Below, piece by piece: positions 9,721 to 22,241 of a stretch of DNA of 64,000 nt. The translations under genes were made by a program, and so were the position numbers. The DNA lies in assembly GCA_965214835.1 (NCBI GenBank), contig CBDCCK010000002.1, forward strand, positions 640,001 through 704,000, given 5' to 3'. Numbering within the stretch: position 1 is the stretch's first letter; every line of letters starts with the position of its first letter. Origin of the DNA: Nitrosopumilaceae archaeon. GTDB taxonomy: Archaea; Thermoproteota; Nitrososphaeria; Nitrososphaerales; Nitrosopumilaceae. Below the pieces are notes generated by a model. It was given only the letters and a program-made list of their open reading frames with translations. It had not been told where the DNA came from and made no database searches.

Positions 9721-11542
9721 GCGCAGAGGGGGTTCTTTTCGGTAGCCGTAATGTCTGCAATATCGCAGATGGGGTTTGCGTTCATCATGTCCGCAGTCAA
9801 GACACCGGGGATAAAGAAAGCGATAGTACAGTACGTCCGCGGCAGGAGGGCGGCAGTATCTAGGTACACCCCGGAACCATCTGACGGCAAAAAGTTCACG
9901 TTCGCGCTGGTCATCAGGAGGATCCCCAAGTCCAAGGCAAAGAACATCTTTGATCGTAACAGCTCGAGCTCTGGAAGCTGCTCCTGATTTCAGACACGAA
10001 TCTGCCCGGGAGGGGGAGCCTCTGAGAAGCAATCCGTAATTAAATTACGAGTGGCAGGTTGCAGTTGTTTTCTGCCGTGTTTTTCAGGCCACAGCAGCTA
10101 TCCGTTCCAGTATCCTCAGGTTGGCCAGCCCGCACACGATACTGTTGGCCAGATCGTACTTTCTGAGCCTGTTTCTGTACTTGTAGCTCATTATCTTGAA
10201 TGTCTTGACCCTGCGTATGCCATTCTCCACGTACACCCGTATCTTTGAGTGTGTTCTGTTGTACTCTTTTTCATCGTCGGTCAGCTTGCCGCCAGGACTC
10301 TTCTTGATTGGAAGTATAACCTTCGTCCCTGCATCGATGTGCTGCGCACCCTGGTATCCGCGATCCATATAGTGCCGCAGCTCCTCGCCGTCCTCCTCAC
10401 CGCTCCAGAACGTGGGATGCTTCATCTGGTATATCTTGACGTCGTTTACGCGCCCCGGCGAGTGCGGGGTCTTGTGCACTATGGCACCGTGTATGTTGAC
10501 CGTATACTGGACCTTGGCCGTGTGCGTGCCTGCCTTGCCCGAATAGTGCGACTTTTCCATGTCCTTTCTCTTGGGCCTGTTTGTGGGCTGCTCGGAGGCG
10601 TCAGTCAGGCACACCATCCCCGGGAAGATCTCGGCCAGCTCCTCGACTGAGGAGATCCTCTTGGAGTCCTTGTAGATCTTCTCGGGGATCGGCAGGCATT
10701 GTTTTAGCAGGGGCTCAGTCAGGCTTATGGAGCGCGAGACCGACGCCTGTCCTATACCGAACATGGCGCCAGCCACGTCCTGGGAGACGTACGTCCTGTA
10801 GTAGAACAAGACCAGCAGTACGCGGTTCCTCAGATCCAGGGCAAAGGGCCTGCCTGCGCCTATATCCCGCACACGGTCGGGCCTTGAGAGCCTCTTCTTC
10901 TCGGTATCTGGAAATTTCTTTTGCACCTCGGTACACAGCTGGTCAAACTCTGCCTCGGTCATTCCTGCAAACATCCGGAACGTCCGTGGGTTTTTTGTCA
11001 GTCTATCGATCAAACACATGATTTGTACATGGTTTTACAGGTATTTTGATCCGTCAGGCATAGATTAGTGCCCAAGTGGGTCAAAATCTGCTAATTAAGA
11101 ATCGCTTCTCTGGGGCGGCAAAACCCACGCCTAAACTTCCAGAGCCCGATCTGTTACCTTTGATCGGTACCACGTGTTTGCAACCACGCAGCGCTGCGGC
11201 GGCTATGCGGAGCTGATAGACCATGTGACAGAGAGGAGTACCGGGACAGGTGGGGCATAGAGACCGGATACCGCTGTGCCAAGAGCATCAGGCCGCGGAC
11301 CGTCAGCAGGAATCCTGTCCTGCGGATGTTTTTGTTCTACGTATCGCTTGCAGTATGCAACATATGGATGACAGTGAGGGACTCGGACGATCCGAGGACC
11401 CGCAGCATGACGCTGCAGACGCCGGTGACTCTGGTGGCCGTGTATGCGATGGCCTTCTGTGCGCAGGATGCATGCCGGGCAGGAGCAGGGCGGCGGCACG
11501 ATCCCGGCTAGCGGGATTTGCGGGGTACATTTTCAACTGCTG
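9720..11542 (+). mobile_element. ISH3 fragment containing a MITE that itself contains an IS5
   Basis: Duplicate of 5598-6222 with an IS5 inserted in the MITE. Confidence 0.8.
10024..11110 (-). mobile_element. IS5-family (ISL2-like, DDE_Tnp_4) element; transposase 10084-11019
   Basis: HTH; DASEQP, YSGK, DRGYQG and RVYVENGI motifs; IR gagaagc.atc..taatta / taattaagaatcgcttctc. Confidence 0.9.
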
Positions 11543-11726
11543 ATCAGTCGCACATGCTTTTATAATATCGCACGCGTCATATCTTGTTGGAAGAGTCCGA
11601 CATTTGCAAGTTGATGGACAATGCAAATATTCAACACATAAGAATGAAGGAATATCCTCCATCCTATAGCAACGAGCAGAAGTCTTTGAGCCAAAACAGG
11701 GTTCATTCGAAGAGTGCAATGATCGC

Positions 11727-12760
11727 ATAACCGGCAAGTGGGCATGGCAAAAGAAACAGACAGCCTGTCAGAGGCCATGCGCAAAGAAAAGGATGCAAGT
11801 CTGCAAAAAGATCATGGCGTTGATGTTTGTGCTAGAAGACGATGTGGGCGTGCCCGAGACCGCAAGAAGGGTTCCGGTGCAGTGAGAATTCCGTGCGCAA
11901 CTGGCTGGCGAGGTTCTCGGAGGACGGCATAGACGGCCTCCGGGATCTTCCCCGTTCCGGATGCAGGCCAAGGGTGGACGGAAAAAGGACTGCCGCCATA
12001 ATGGACTTGTCCATTGAATACAACAGTACCGACGTCATGACGGTGCGTGATGACATAAGGGATGCCACCTAGACAGGATACGGCACAGGAGATGTCCGAA
12101 GACTGATGCGCCGGCACGGCCTGTCGCGCTGCAAGGTGCAAAACGTACATGTCAACCATGCCGCCCCAAGCTCGGTATACGCATGGCAGTGGTATCTTGA
12201 AAACGTGCGTATTCCGTGCCTGAAAGACGGTTTTACGCTGGTGTCATCTGATGAGGCGTTCTTCGTGCAGGACGCACACGACAGATACGTATGGGGTCCG
12301 GTCGGCACCAGAGGCGTGGCCTCGTATTCGGGAGATCGCACAAAGGTGGCCGTGTTTGGAAGCATCGCAGAAGACGGCAGGAAGCTGTTCAGGACGCTTG
12401 CGGGAGCGCTTGCGTCGGTGCAGTCCATGGAATGTCCGGAGGCGCTGCGCGAAGTCTGGCAGGGTTGCAGTCCTTTGCGACAGGTGGAGCGTGCACGGAG
12501 CTGCTGCCGTCGCAGAATATCTGGCGGGCCATCCCGACGTCAGGCTGATAATGCTCCCAAAGGGATCGCCGTACCTCAATGTCGTGGAAGAATGCTGGAA
12601 CCTGGGCAAGCCTGTCGTTTTCAGGGGGATAGTGTACAGAAAGGTCGGTAAGCTGCGGCATGCCATATCCGAATATTACAGGACGGTGTCGTTTGCCCAC
12701 CTTTGCATGTACAAGTACATTTACAGATCGCCGGTCAAGGCCCTCAATTACTTGTGACCG
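11727..12760 (+). mobile_element. IS630-family element, multiply frameshifted
   Basis: GIDGLRDLPRSG, SDEAFF and SPYLNVVEECW motifs. Confidence 0.85.
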
Positions 12761-13559
12761 TTGCTATACCGATATGCCCGGCTTGCAAGAAAGGACAGCA
12801 TAGTGGCGCTTGGCAAATCAGATCTGGTCGAGCTGCAGGCCACACATCCCTTCAATGACAAAATAACCGAAAAATTCTTCCAGATGGACGAGTCAGCCAA
12901 AAACGGAATCGTGTATGAGTTGGAGCATACGCTGGTGGCTCTGGACATCAGGCACAAGATAATAACAAATGACAGCAAGCGGTTTTTCGGCTTTTCACTG
13001 TCTATATTTTTACGGGACGACGTATCCGCCGTTGACTTTCTCAATGCCTACAACAGAATCAAGGAGACAAGGGAGCTTGTAGGAATGCGGACTGCAAACC
13101 TTGTTCAGCGCCCCGCATGATACAGATATGGATGCTATGACACACATGAACGGTTCTGGAAGTAAACAACACCTCGGCAGCCTGATGAGCGCCAAGGACT
13201 TGGATGAGATCGACAAGCCGCCGGAACGGCCGATCTACTTCCTGGTGCCTGTCTTCATCACACTATCGAGCTACATCATACAATACGATGACGGTGCAAG
13301 CCCCTCCAAGGACGTCATACCATATGATAACGATACGAGCCCGCCGGATCTCTCAATCATCGAGTCAACAGAACATGTCAACGAATTCAAATTCAATGAC
13401 AGAGATGCCCGCAAAATGCTCTGTAGGCTCATAGGGCTCAAGGAAATTCCAAAACTTGACTCCAACGCATTCAAACAGCTCTCCGGCGTTATCGGAGACC
13501 AGATCGGAGACCAGGCCATCGATGCCGTAGATGCGGTTAGGACTATGAGGGACACGTAA
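12761..13559 (+). pseudogene. Two hypothetical ORFs (possibly one broken gene) upstream of the PIN gene
   Basis: ORFs 12761-13120 and 13101-13559; the second is translationally coupled (TAATG) to the PIN gene. Confidence 0.4.
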
Positions 13560-14131
13560 TGGATAAACTCTACCTAGACACCAACATCATAATTGCTTAT
13601 ACGATAAGGTCAAAAAAGGAACCCGATCAGCACCGTCGTGCAAAATTGGTAATTGACGGAATCTCACAGGGCAGGTATGCAGGAGTGATTTCCATTCTTG
13701 CTCTAACCGAATTGATGGGAGTGATTCGCATGCTTGTTAGTAAAAATAAAGAAGAGATGATCAGAATTCCAGAAAAAAACAGGACGCCTATGTAAAGGAC
13801 AGGGCCAGCAAGATTTATCAATCCACAACTAGTACCATAATGAGGCTGCCAAACGTCAAACTAGAAAAAGGAGGAAGTGCCAGACTAGACGGTGTCCTTG
13901 CTCGTGGATTGGAACTAATGGAAAAAAGCATAGGATCTCAACGATTTCATAAAAAATATGAACAGTGCAGATCATGTTGGCACCAACTATAAACAAATCC
14001 TGTTTGCAGGTATTTTACACGCCATCATAGCACGTGACTCTCAATGTGACGAATTGTATACTTTTGACAAAGGGTTTTTAGGACTATGCGGATTGGATGA
14101 AATCGAATCTCTAAAAATTACAATTCCATAA
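13559..14131 (+). pseudogene. PIN-domain (VapC-like) protein, frameshifted
   Basis: KLYLDTNII, LTEL, then HAIIA...LYTFDKGF in another frame. Confidence 0.75.
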
Positions 14132-14381
14132 TGCCAGTAGACTTTGCGTAGTCGGCGCAGATCAAAAAAATCAGGCAGCTTTTACGTCATTTTTGGCAAA
14201 TACGCACAAGGTATACAAGCCATAGCAAAGCCACGTTCCTTTCCAGGCCAAGCGTGAAAATCATGGCTGCATGTGGACTTGCGCACTGATTGTCTGGGGG
14301 GTGAAACCCGTGCAGGGCCAAGGGCCGCATCAGATCCCGGCCCATGCCAGAGCACATGTAGGCGGCCGGCTTGCCTGCGTC

Positions 14382-15257
14382 TCAGCTGCGATCCCGAATC
14401 AGGTTGGCCATGGAGAACAGGATTATCGAGGTCACAACCAGGATTGCTCCAAGTAGGAACAGTATCACGGATGCAAACAGTGAGCCGTAGAATATCGTAC
14501 TGTCGGTTATGTACGCATCAAAGAATATCACCCCCATGACAATCCCCGCAACCAGGAACGCTGTACCGGTCATTCCGTAAAACGGAAGGGGGTGGCGAAT
14601 CGACGTGTACTTTATCGTGTTTGCAAGCACGGATATGCCGTGGGAGGCCGGGTTGTGCTTTGAGGTATCCCTGTCATAGGAGACGCTTATGGGGACCTCG
14701 GCAAGGGAGAGCCCCTTGTTTGAGCACTTTAGTAGGATCTCAGTGGAGACGGACATTCCCTCCTCGGTCGGGTGTATGGCGTTGATTGCGTTTTTAGAAT
14801 AGGCTCTGAATCCGGACTGCGAGTCGGTGATCTTGAGATCGGTGCCATAGTTGGCAACGGACGTGATGATCTTGATTCCGTGCCTGCGGTATTTGGGCAC
14901 GCTCCGGCTGTCATCGAGCAGCCTGGAGCCGATTACCACGTCCACGCTGTGCTGCACCAGTACGGAGAGAAGTTTTGGGATCTGATTGGCATCGTGCTGG
15001 CCGTCGCCGTCGATTGTAACGATTGACTCGGCGTTGCTTGCACGCGCATAGTCAAACAGCGAGGTGATGGCCGCCCCATAGCCCCGGTTCCTGTCATGGG
15101 ATATTACCAGTGCGCCGGCGGCCTCGGCTGCCTTTTTCGTATCGTCCGTGGAGCCGTCATCGCAGACGACCACCAGATCAACAAAGTCCTTTGCGGCCCG
15201 TATGACAGATGCGATCCTTGACTCCTCGTTATATGCTGGAATGCATGCCAGTCTCAC
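14382..15257 (-). CDS. GT2 glycosyltransferase (DPM1-like) with C-terminal TM helices
   Basis: IPAYNEE, DDGSTD, DGDGQH and DSQSGFR motifs. Confidence 0.92.
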   Translation of the reverse strand: MRLACIPAYNEESRIASVIRAAKDFVDLVVVCDDGSTDDTKKAAEAAGALVISHDRNRGYGAAITSLFDYARASNAESIVTIDGDGQHDANQIPKLLSVLVQHSVDVVIGSRLLDDSRSVPKYRRHGIKIITSVANYGTDLKITDSQSGFRAYSKNAINAIHPTEEGMSVSTEILLKCSNKGLSLAEVPISVSYDRDTSKHNPASHGISVLANTIKYTSIRHPLPFYGMTGTAFLVAGIVMGVIFFDAYITDSTIFYGSLFASVILFLLGAILVVTSIILFSMANLIRDRS

Positions 15258-15394
15258 GATGTCCTTTGTGGCAGGCAGATATCTAAATGGTTTGGTTATG
15301 CCAAGGCAGGAGCTTGCCCCCTAAGCGAAGTTGCCTGCCATAGTCTTGATCACCATGCCCACCACGTCATATTTTCGGGGGAGGTAACTCTTAC

Positions 15395-15667
15395 GTTGCA
15401 CGATGCAGTCGCACTTGCCTTGTCCGGGTGCGGTCATGCCATATCCTCTCAGATCATTGAATGGGTGGTGGAGCAGGAGGTGAGTCACCGCAGGCGGTTT
15501 CTTTCCTCCCGGTCTTGATGGATCAGAAGCTGCAGTCATCCATCAGTGCGCTATGCACAGGAACACAGCAGCTCGGATTGCCCCATTCAACAGATAGTGC
15601 GCGAAGCACATGCATAGTGAGGGGTTGATCCATCACCATAACTACGGCAAGGATGTTTTTATGTGTT
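15395..15667 (-). mobile_element. Non-autonomous IS110 derivative, second copy; right end truncated by a MITE
   Basis: Reverse complement is highly similar to 1-266; begins TG|aacacataaaaacatcc. Confidence 0.85.
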
Positions 15668-15751
15668 CAACTACTGCCAACGAATTAGATTGGAGGTTAA
15701 CAAGAACCGTGCTTAATTTTATTGGATTAAAGGAAGGTCAGGCAGTATGGT

Positions 15752-16353
15752 TTAACATTTTAGTTGGATTTTACGTATTGTCTTTTTTCCAAAATCAGTA
15801 ACGACTACCTGCTTTGGTCTGCCGTATCCTATTCTGCTGTCCGTATCCAACCATGATTTGATGTCTTGATACTTGTCTTCCTCGATTATGATGCAATTTT
15901 TTGATGTGTGTTTTGACAATCTATCGCAAAGATTGACTGGAACTCCATAAACATCTGGTTCTTTTGATGTTTTTATTTTTTCGATAGTTCCGGCAGTTAT
16001 TGTTACTTTGGTGTATAATCCTTTTCCGTATTTTTTGAAATTATGAATTATGTTTAGTGCAGACTGGCATGCTTTTGGCGCATTTTGAAATGTTGCCAAA
16101 ACTGCATCGACCAATTCCTTGATTACAGTTCCATGTTTTCCTCTACCAGATTATGGCATATCTTGTTGTGGTTTAGCATTTCCGTAATCGTCTCCTCTTG
16201 GTTTTTGATCATCTTCGTTGTTGACTTGGTAAGATCGAAATGTGCCACTGCACAAACGCTTCGTTCACGTTTTAGTTTTTTGGCAAATGATTTTGCGTCG
16301 GATATTTTCTTTGGATGGTTTGAATCAAATGGATTTATGCTGTTACTTGACAT
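15752..16353 (-). pseudogene. Class III adenylate/guanylate cyclase-like gene with a single frameshift near 16135
   Basis: HFDLTKST, KELVDAVL and DVYGVPVNLCDRL motifs. Confidence 0.75.
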
Positions 16354-16375
16354 GGTAATTGTGATTTTAGATTGT

Positions 16376-16654
16376 TTATTTTAAAAGTAGTTGCAGATAG
16401 ATGCCATCGGCAATTCTCAAATCAATTATTTTCTGCAGGTCATCTTTTTTACCCGTTACATCGATTATTTTGTGCTGTACGCTGTTCTTTTCGCATCCCC
16501 ACAGTTTTGATTTTGCCTTTATCTGCTCTTCTCTTGGGGGTTCCAAGTCCAAATCAAATCCGATCTTTTCAGAGTAGCCTTTGATTATGGATACGCTTTT
16601 CTGAATCTTTGAATCGTCATAGCCTGTGAGAATTATCTGAGCTGTTCTGGTCAT
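16376..16654 (-). CDS. Divergent ribosomal protein uS10-like protein
   Basis: AQIILTGYDDSKIQKSV...HKIIDV...LRIADGIYLQL parallels the uS10 pattern; the central loop is shortened. Confidence 0.5.
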   Translation of the reverse strand: MTRTAQIILTGYDDSKIQKSVSIIKGYSEKIGFDLDLEPPREEQIKAKSKLWGCEKNSVQHKIIDVTGKKDDLQKIIDLRIADGIYLQLLLK

Positions 16655-16695
16655 ATTCTGTATTGTTTTCCTAGGATAAAATTATTGCTTTAGAC

Positions 16696-17881
16696 GGTTC
16701 TGTGCAATCTTGGTGATATAGACATGAAATCATGAATCTTCTCCAGATTGGAATTTGTGCCTAAACTGGATCCTTGCTTAGTGAGGCATTTTGAATGATC
16801 GTTCTCCACCTGTTTGTGCCGTCCACGTTTATCAGAGCCGATTCTGCCGGGGTCTGGCCGTTCAATGCACCGTGCTTTTTTGTGAAATTATAGTAGACTC
16901 TCATTCCGTCAAGGATTGCAGTGTCGGTCTTTTTGAGGTCCCGGAACACCTTCTCACGGTCTCTGATCTCGCCGTTGAGTCTCTCCATCTTGTTGTTATT
17001 GTCACGGTCACGCTTGCCTGCCAGATGAATATGCTTCACGTGGTTTGTGCCCTTTCCGAATATCTTTCTTGATGACTTGGCATAGGCTGGAAGCCCGTCT
17101 GTGATGAAGTTCCTGGGATTCTTTCTGGCCTGTTTCTTGGTCATGTCCAAGAGGGAATCGGCATTGTGCTGGGACTTGGTTGTTGCCAGATCCGAGGTCA
17201 GCCAGTAACGGGTATCGTCGTCCATCGAGGCAAAAAGGTAGCACTGCCTGCCGTTGATTTTTACCCACACCTCGTCGTCCCGGAACCATGAGCCGGCCCT
17301 TGGAACTATGCCGTTGAGGTACTTGGACGTGAGCCGGGAGTACTCGTCAACCCAGTTGTATATGGTTTTAAATGACACGTCGGTTCCCATCATCTCATAA
17401 TGATCTGCGATTCCCGGACAGACATTCCAGTATGGTACATCTGCAAGGCCCCGGTAATGATGCTCTCATCATATTGTTTTCTCTCAAAGCCAAAGTTTGC
17501 AGTAAATCGCTTTTTGCAGTCTTGACATTTGAACATCTGCCTGGTCTTGGTTTTGTTCCTTTTCATACCTGCCTTTACGATATTGCCCGAATCACAGAAC
17601 TTGCACAGGTCAAGCCTGCCCCGTTCCATGATTCTGAACCCGTCACGTCCGAACACGTTTCTTCTGACAAGCTCCAGTATCGCCTTGATGTGCTTGCAGT
17701 CTGCCCTTCTGTTCCGGTGATCCGGACACTCGCAGACCAACCCGTTGCCCGTCCTGGATACCGTATAGAACTTGGAGGGATCGGACTGCGATCTGACCCT
17801 GAAGTCGCTGGTGCCGATTATCTGTGTGGCGTGGCCGGGAGTTTCCATGATCTGTCTTGCACGTCGGACTCTTGCGTTCAT
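16696..17881 (-). mobile_element. IS6-family transposase with N-terminal SWIM/Zn fingers (frameshifted), with right IR
   Basis: CECPDH..CKH, DEVWVK, TDGL and NNKMERLN motifs; IR ggttctgtgcaatctt. Confidence 0.9.
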
Positions 17882-17890
17882 TCGTGGCCC

Positions 17891-18435
17891 GTACGAGGTC
17901 ACCTAGTTTTGACGTGTTTTGACAACCTGCTTAACATATTGCGATCATGCTGATCAAATACGATGCCTGTATAGCATCAACATGAAAGGCCGTCGACCCA
18001 CATACCGCGAACTAGAGGCCACAATTGTATCATTCACAGACAGAATAAGCACGCTAGAAAATAACCAAAAGGCAGCGAACAGGACAATCGAGGAGCAAGG
18101 CAGGCTGATAAAGGAGAAGGACAGGATAATCGAGGAGCAAGGCAGGCGGCTCCGGTACTACGAGAACGAGAACTCGCCACCGTCTGCAGAATCACTAGAG
18201 TACAAGAGGCAAAAGGCGCAGCGGAAAAGGGAGAGGGCCAGTAACCGTGGCAACGGCAGCAATAGTGGCACCGGCAAAAAGCCGGGAGGCCAGAGGGGCC
18301 ACAAGGGGACATCCAGAAGACACGACCCCCAGAAGACGGTGCTTCACACGTTCCAGGACAACGACGGGACGTGCTCGCCGGTGTGCATGTGCGGGAGGGC
18401 CATGGACATAACTGCCCTGATACGGAACATCATCG
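17891..18435 (+). mobile_element. IS66 (ISBst12-like) left portion
   Basis: End gtacgaggtcacc; YENENSPPS and KPGGQRGHKG motifs; matches the reverse complement of 63450-64000. Confidence 0.85.
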
Positions 18436-18564
18436 GGCCCATCTGACTCGTTCTCAAATTCGAGAACGAGAAAGCGAAAAAAGACGGAAAAACATGCAAA
18501 AAAGAAAATTTCTTCAAAAAAAGACAGCAGTGCAAAACCAAAGGGGACGAGTCCGAAAAACAGG

Positions 18565-20072
18565 ATGACGAGTCCCAAAAAAACAATGACGAGTACCGAC
18601 AAGACTGCAAACAAAAAAGGTACAAAAGGTCAGAGCAGCACAAGGGACACCGGCCAGCTCAAAGAAAATGAAAATAAAAAAATAAATAAGAAAAAGACGA
18701 TAAAGAATGCACCTGGTGGAAGAAGAATAGCTACACAATCCTCAAGATGCCTGTTGGAAGATGACGACGTACGTCGGTGGTACGAAAACATGAAGAGATC
18801 CAGCCAGCTGAATGCCGCCGTACGCCTGAGGAGGCTTAATCTGTTCTGTTACAGGTTGAAGACAACGCCTGCAACCCTTGCCCGGACGGGAAAGAAGGAT
18901 CCCAAAAGGATAGAGGACATGCTGATGGATCACGTATCCTGGATGGAATCACAGAGTTTTTCTTCCGGATACATAGACGGCATGATAAAGTCAATCAAGG
19001 GATGGCTGGTCCACAACCGAATAGAAATCAAAAGCAAGATAAAGATATCCAACATGGGCGTCTGTCCCACGCTTGAAAAGGAAAAGGTGCCAGAGCAGGA
19101 GCAGCTGCACCAGATGCTGGAAAACGGCAACGTGCGCCAGAGGGCAGTGTTGAGCCTCATGGCCTTTTCGGGAGTAAGGCCACAGGTGCTGGGACTTGCC
19201 GACAGGAGTGACGGGCTGTGCCTCAAAGACCTGCCTGAGCTTGTCATAGAGAATAAGGGAAAAAGAGTCAGATTCACAAACATGCCCACAATGGTGGTGG
19301 TCCGACAGTCCCTGAGCAAGACCAGGAACAAGTATGTGACGTTTTTGATAGAGGAGGGGTGCCAGCACCTGCTGAAATATCTCGAACACAGGATATCTGC
19401 CGGGGGAAAACTCTGTCCGGACTCTCCTGTCATAACGCTTGAGAGGCAAAACTCACGCAAAAGACGCAGGGAGGATCCGGATGTCAAGACATTCGTGGTC
19501 ACAGCGTCCATATCCCGTACGGCAAAAAAAGCGATGAAGCCGATAGTAGATTCAAGGCCATACACGCTGCGATCCTACTTTGACACCCAGTTACTGCTTG
19601 CCGAGAGCCACGGCTGCATGGCAGATGCCTATCGGGTGTTCTTTATGGGCCACAAGGGGGACATCGAGGCAAGATACACGGTAAACAAGGGCCGTCTTAC
19701 AGAGCATATGAGAGAGGACATGCGCAGGGCTATGAGCAGAGCGGACTGTTTCTCTCCACTGACCCTGACAAGACGGATGAAAAGCACAAAAAAGACATGC
19801 TTTGCAAGTTATGGCGCAAACAGGCAAAGATGTACGGAATCAATCCGGACAACATAATCAATTCAAAGCCGGATGTCCCACAGCCCAATGCTGCAGACAA
19901 GCCAAAAGAGCCGTCTGCAGTACCAGGCAATGACGAACCGTCCGAATGCCGGATCATAGGGAGCGATGAGGAACTGGTGTATTATAGCTCAAACGGCTGG
20001 GAGATTGTAAAGGAGCTAAGCGACGGGCGATTCCTTATGCGCAGGTCTGGCAAGGGTTCAGGCAGCCAGTGA
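18565..20072 (+). CDS. Tyrosine recombinase/integrase; C-terminus frameshifted near 19735
   Basis: FSGVRP, YTLRSYF and FMGHKGDIEARY catalytic motifs. Confidence 0.88.
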
Positions 20073-20237
20073 TGGGCAAACTCCTCTAGTGTCTGCCAAT
20101 CTCAGACCATCCCTTCGTGTTTTCATGGTTTTGAATCATTGCGGTGGTAGCTTCCACGGTTTGTGAACCCGCATAGACTTTCATGGCTTTCAAATCCCTG
20201 TAATTCACAGGGCTTTCATCCCTGTGATCCCATGGGA

Positions 20238-20570
20238 TTTTCACTACTTTTCAAATCCATACTTTCACTATTTTCACTACTTTTCAAATCCATACTTTCA
20301 CTATTTTCACTACTTTTCAAATCCATACTTTCACTATTTTCACTACTTTTCAAATCCATACTTTCACTATTTCTGATTCAACATAGTGTAACTTTTCACT
20401 CCTCCAAAATGTACATAGTGTAACTTTTCACTCCTCCAAAATGTAGCTTTTAGCTGTTTTTGGTTCTACAAAATGTAGCTTTTAGCTGTTTTTGGTTCTA
20501 CAAAATGTAGCTTTTAGCTGTTTTTGGTTCTACAAAATGTAGCTTTTCACCCCACTCAAAAGCTACATTC
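20238..20570. repeat. Compound tandem array: 4x33 bp, 2x32 bp, 3x32 bp
   Basis: ttttcactacttttcaaatccatactttcacta x4; catagtgtaacttttcactcctccaaaatgta x2; gcttttagctgtttttggttctacaaaatgta x3. Confidence 0.95.
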
Positions 20571-21717
20571 TCACTATTTTTCCCGTACGCAGTTTCCGAC
20601 TCTCGGTCCCGAACCTCTCGCATTACTTCACCAGACACAAAAACGAGACCAGCCAAGTCTCCTCCGGATACCCTTCCAGGTCTTCCCATCCACTATACAC
20701 CGGGCCCCCTGACGGGGGTCCTGACCCCCCACAGTCTTCTGGGACGTCAGAGTCGTCCCAGTCCCTCGTACATTACATGAGTGAAAGACTTCCTCAGACT
20801 CCATTGAATCAGACGACAGTCCGCAGGCCGACGAGATAAAATCATCATTCGTGGATTGAAATTAACCACAGATAACCAATTTTAAAATTATAATATTACA
20901 CACGGAGGAATGTCAAGAATCATGACAGGGGTCAAATGACCATGAAAACACGGAGTTTACAAAATCTGAGGGTATTGGATATTTCCCTATGTCCTGTCAC
21001 GACATACAACACGTCTCGGAATCTTTTGAACTTTTTGCCCGTCAAAAATATGTAATTTTCAGTCATTCATCGACTGTCATAATATCATCTGGGAGGATTG
21101 TACTCCCTGGCCCTGTCATGTGGAATCAATCTACATAATCATGATTTTTTATGATAATAATCTGGCGATATTGTATCATGTCGATCTGTCTTGGATTCTG
21201 ATTCTGAAAATGACCTGCCCGTTCCTGGTGTTTCTTTCCTCACCTCTGAATTCAAAACACGCCAAAACTTTTGTTATGGCTGTCTCTTTAATTTTGATTA
21301 TCTCCCTTCATATCTGAAAAGCAATTTCCAGAGTCAAATTTTGAGGATTTAGAGTCATGAGAAAATAATTTTGCAGAATAGTTTTGCCCTGAATGATACT
21401 GTCATGTTTTTTGATGATATTTTTTGGACTATACTAAGAGTGGCCTTTGAGATTTTGAATTTTCATTATTTTTCCATCATGGTTATGTCTTCCGAGCTGC
21501 GTAGAAAAGTGCAAGACACCCGTCGGATTCAGGATGTCTGGAATGGAAAGAGAGATCTGTTGGAAGTATGATGTGTGGCCAGTGATGCCAAGGTCGTGTG
21601 TTTATCTTGGGAGCAAACCTGACCCTTGGGACTGCTGGGGGTATTCTCTTATCCTTGTGATGCTTGGTATGGTGCTAAGTTATCTTTCTGAGCGTGCTCG
21701 AATGACACTCTGGGCAG

Positions 21718-21828
21718 GTAACAGCTCGGGCTCTGGAAGTGATTTACGATTTTAGGAGCGAATTACATCTGCGAAGGTCCCTTTGGCGGTAAAATTCATG
21801 CCTGAACTTCCAGAGCCCGAGCTGTTAC
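21718..21828. mobile_element. IS66-type MITE inserted in a small ORF
   Basis: Perfect 22-bp IR; DR ctgggcag. Confidence 0.9.
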
Positions 21829-22133
21829 CTGGGCAGATGGAAAACGACGAGCTTGGCGTACATGACGTGATAATTGGGCTGAGATCCACCATGCTCAGCT
21901 TTGAGAGCCTTCCACGGGAGGTGCAGGATGCCGTCGAGGCCGAGCTTGACAGGCTTGTAAGGATCAAACAGTAGTTGTAGTCGTCTTTTTCATAGTTTTC
22001 TTGATCGGTAAGGGGCAAGGCATTTCTTGGCTTTTCTCAAAATATTGGACGAACATAATTTCCGTATAAGACATCCATGGTAAAACGCCCGCCAGTAACA
22101 TGGCAACGTTCCTTTCGTCTTCTGATCCGTGCC

Positions 22134-22232
22134 TATACTGATGATCATTGAAAATTTCGCCTCCCTTACAAGCTGCGCTCAAGATACTTGTAGATGTCAA
22201 TCTTGATGGAGCACATCCTAAAGTATTCCGAG
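22134..22232 (-). mobile_element. IS630 right-end fragment
   Basis: Reverse complement of ~46835-46934. Confidence 0.85.
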
Positions 22233-22241
22233 CAGCACCGA

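Noticed and set aside
18440-18720. Lys-rich N-terminal domain of the integrase
   Set aside because: This is low-complexity A-rich sequence with short gacgagt repeats; the true start is uncertain, so it is not treated as a domain.
20238-20570. CRISPR array
   Set aside because: The repeats are contiguous with no unique spacers, and there are no cas genes in the window.
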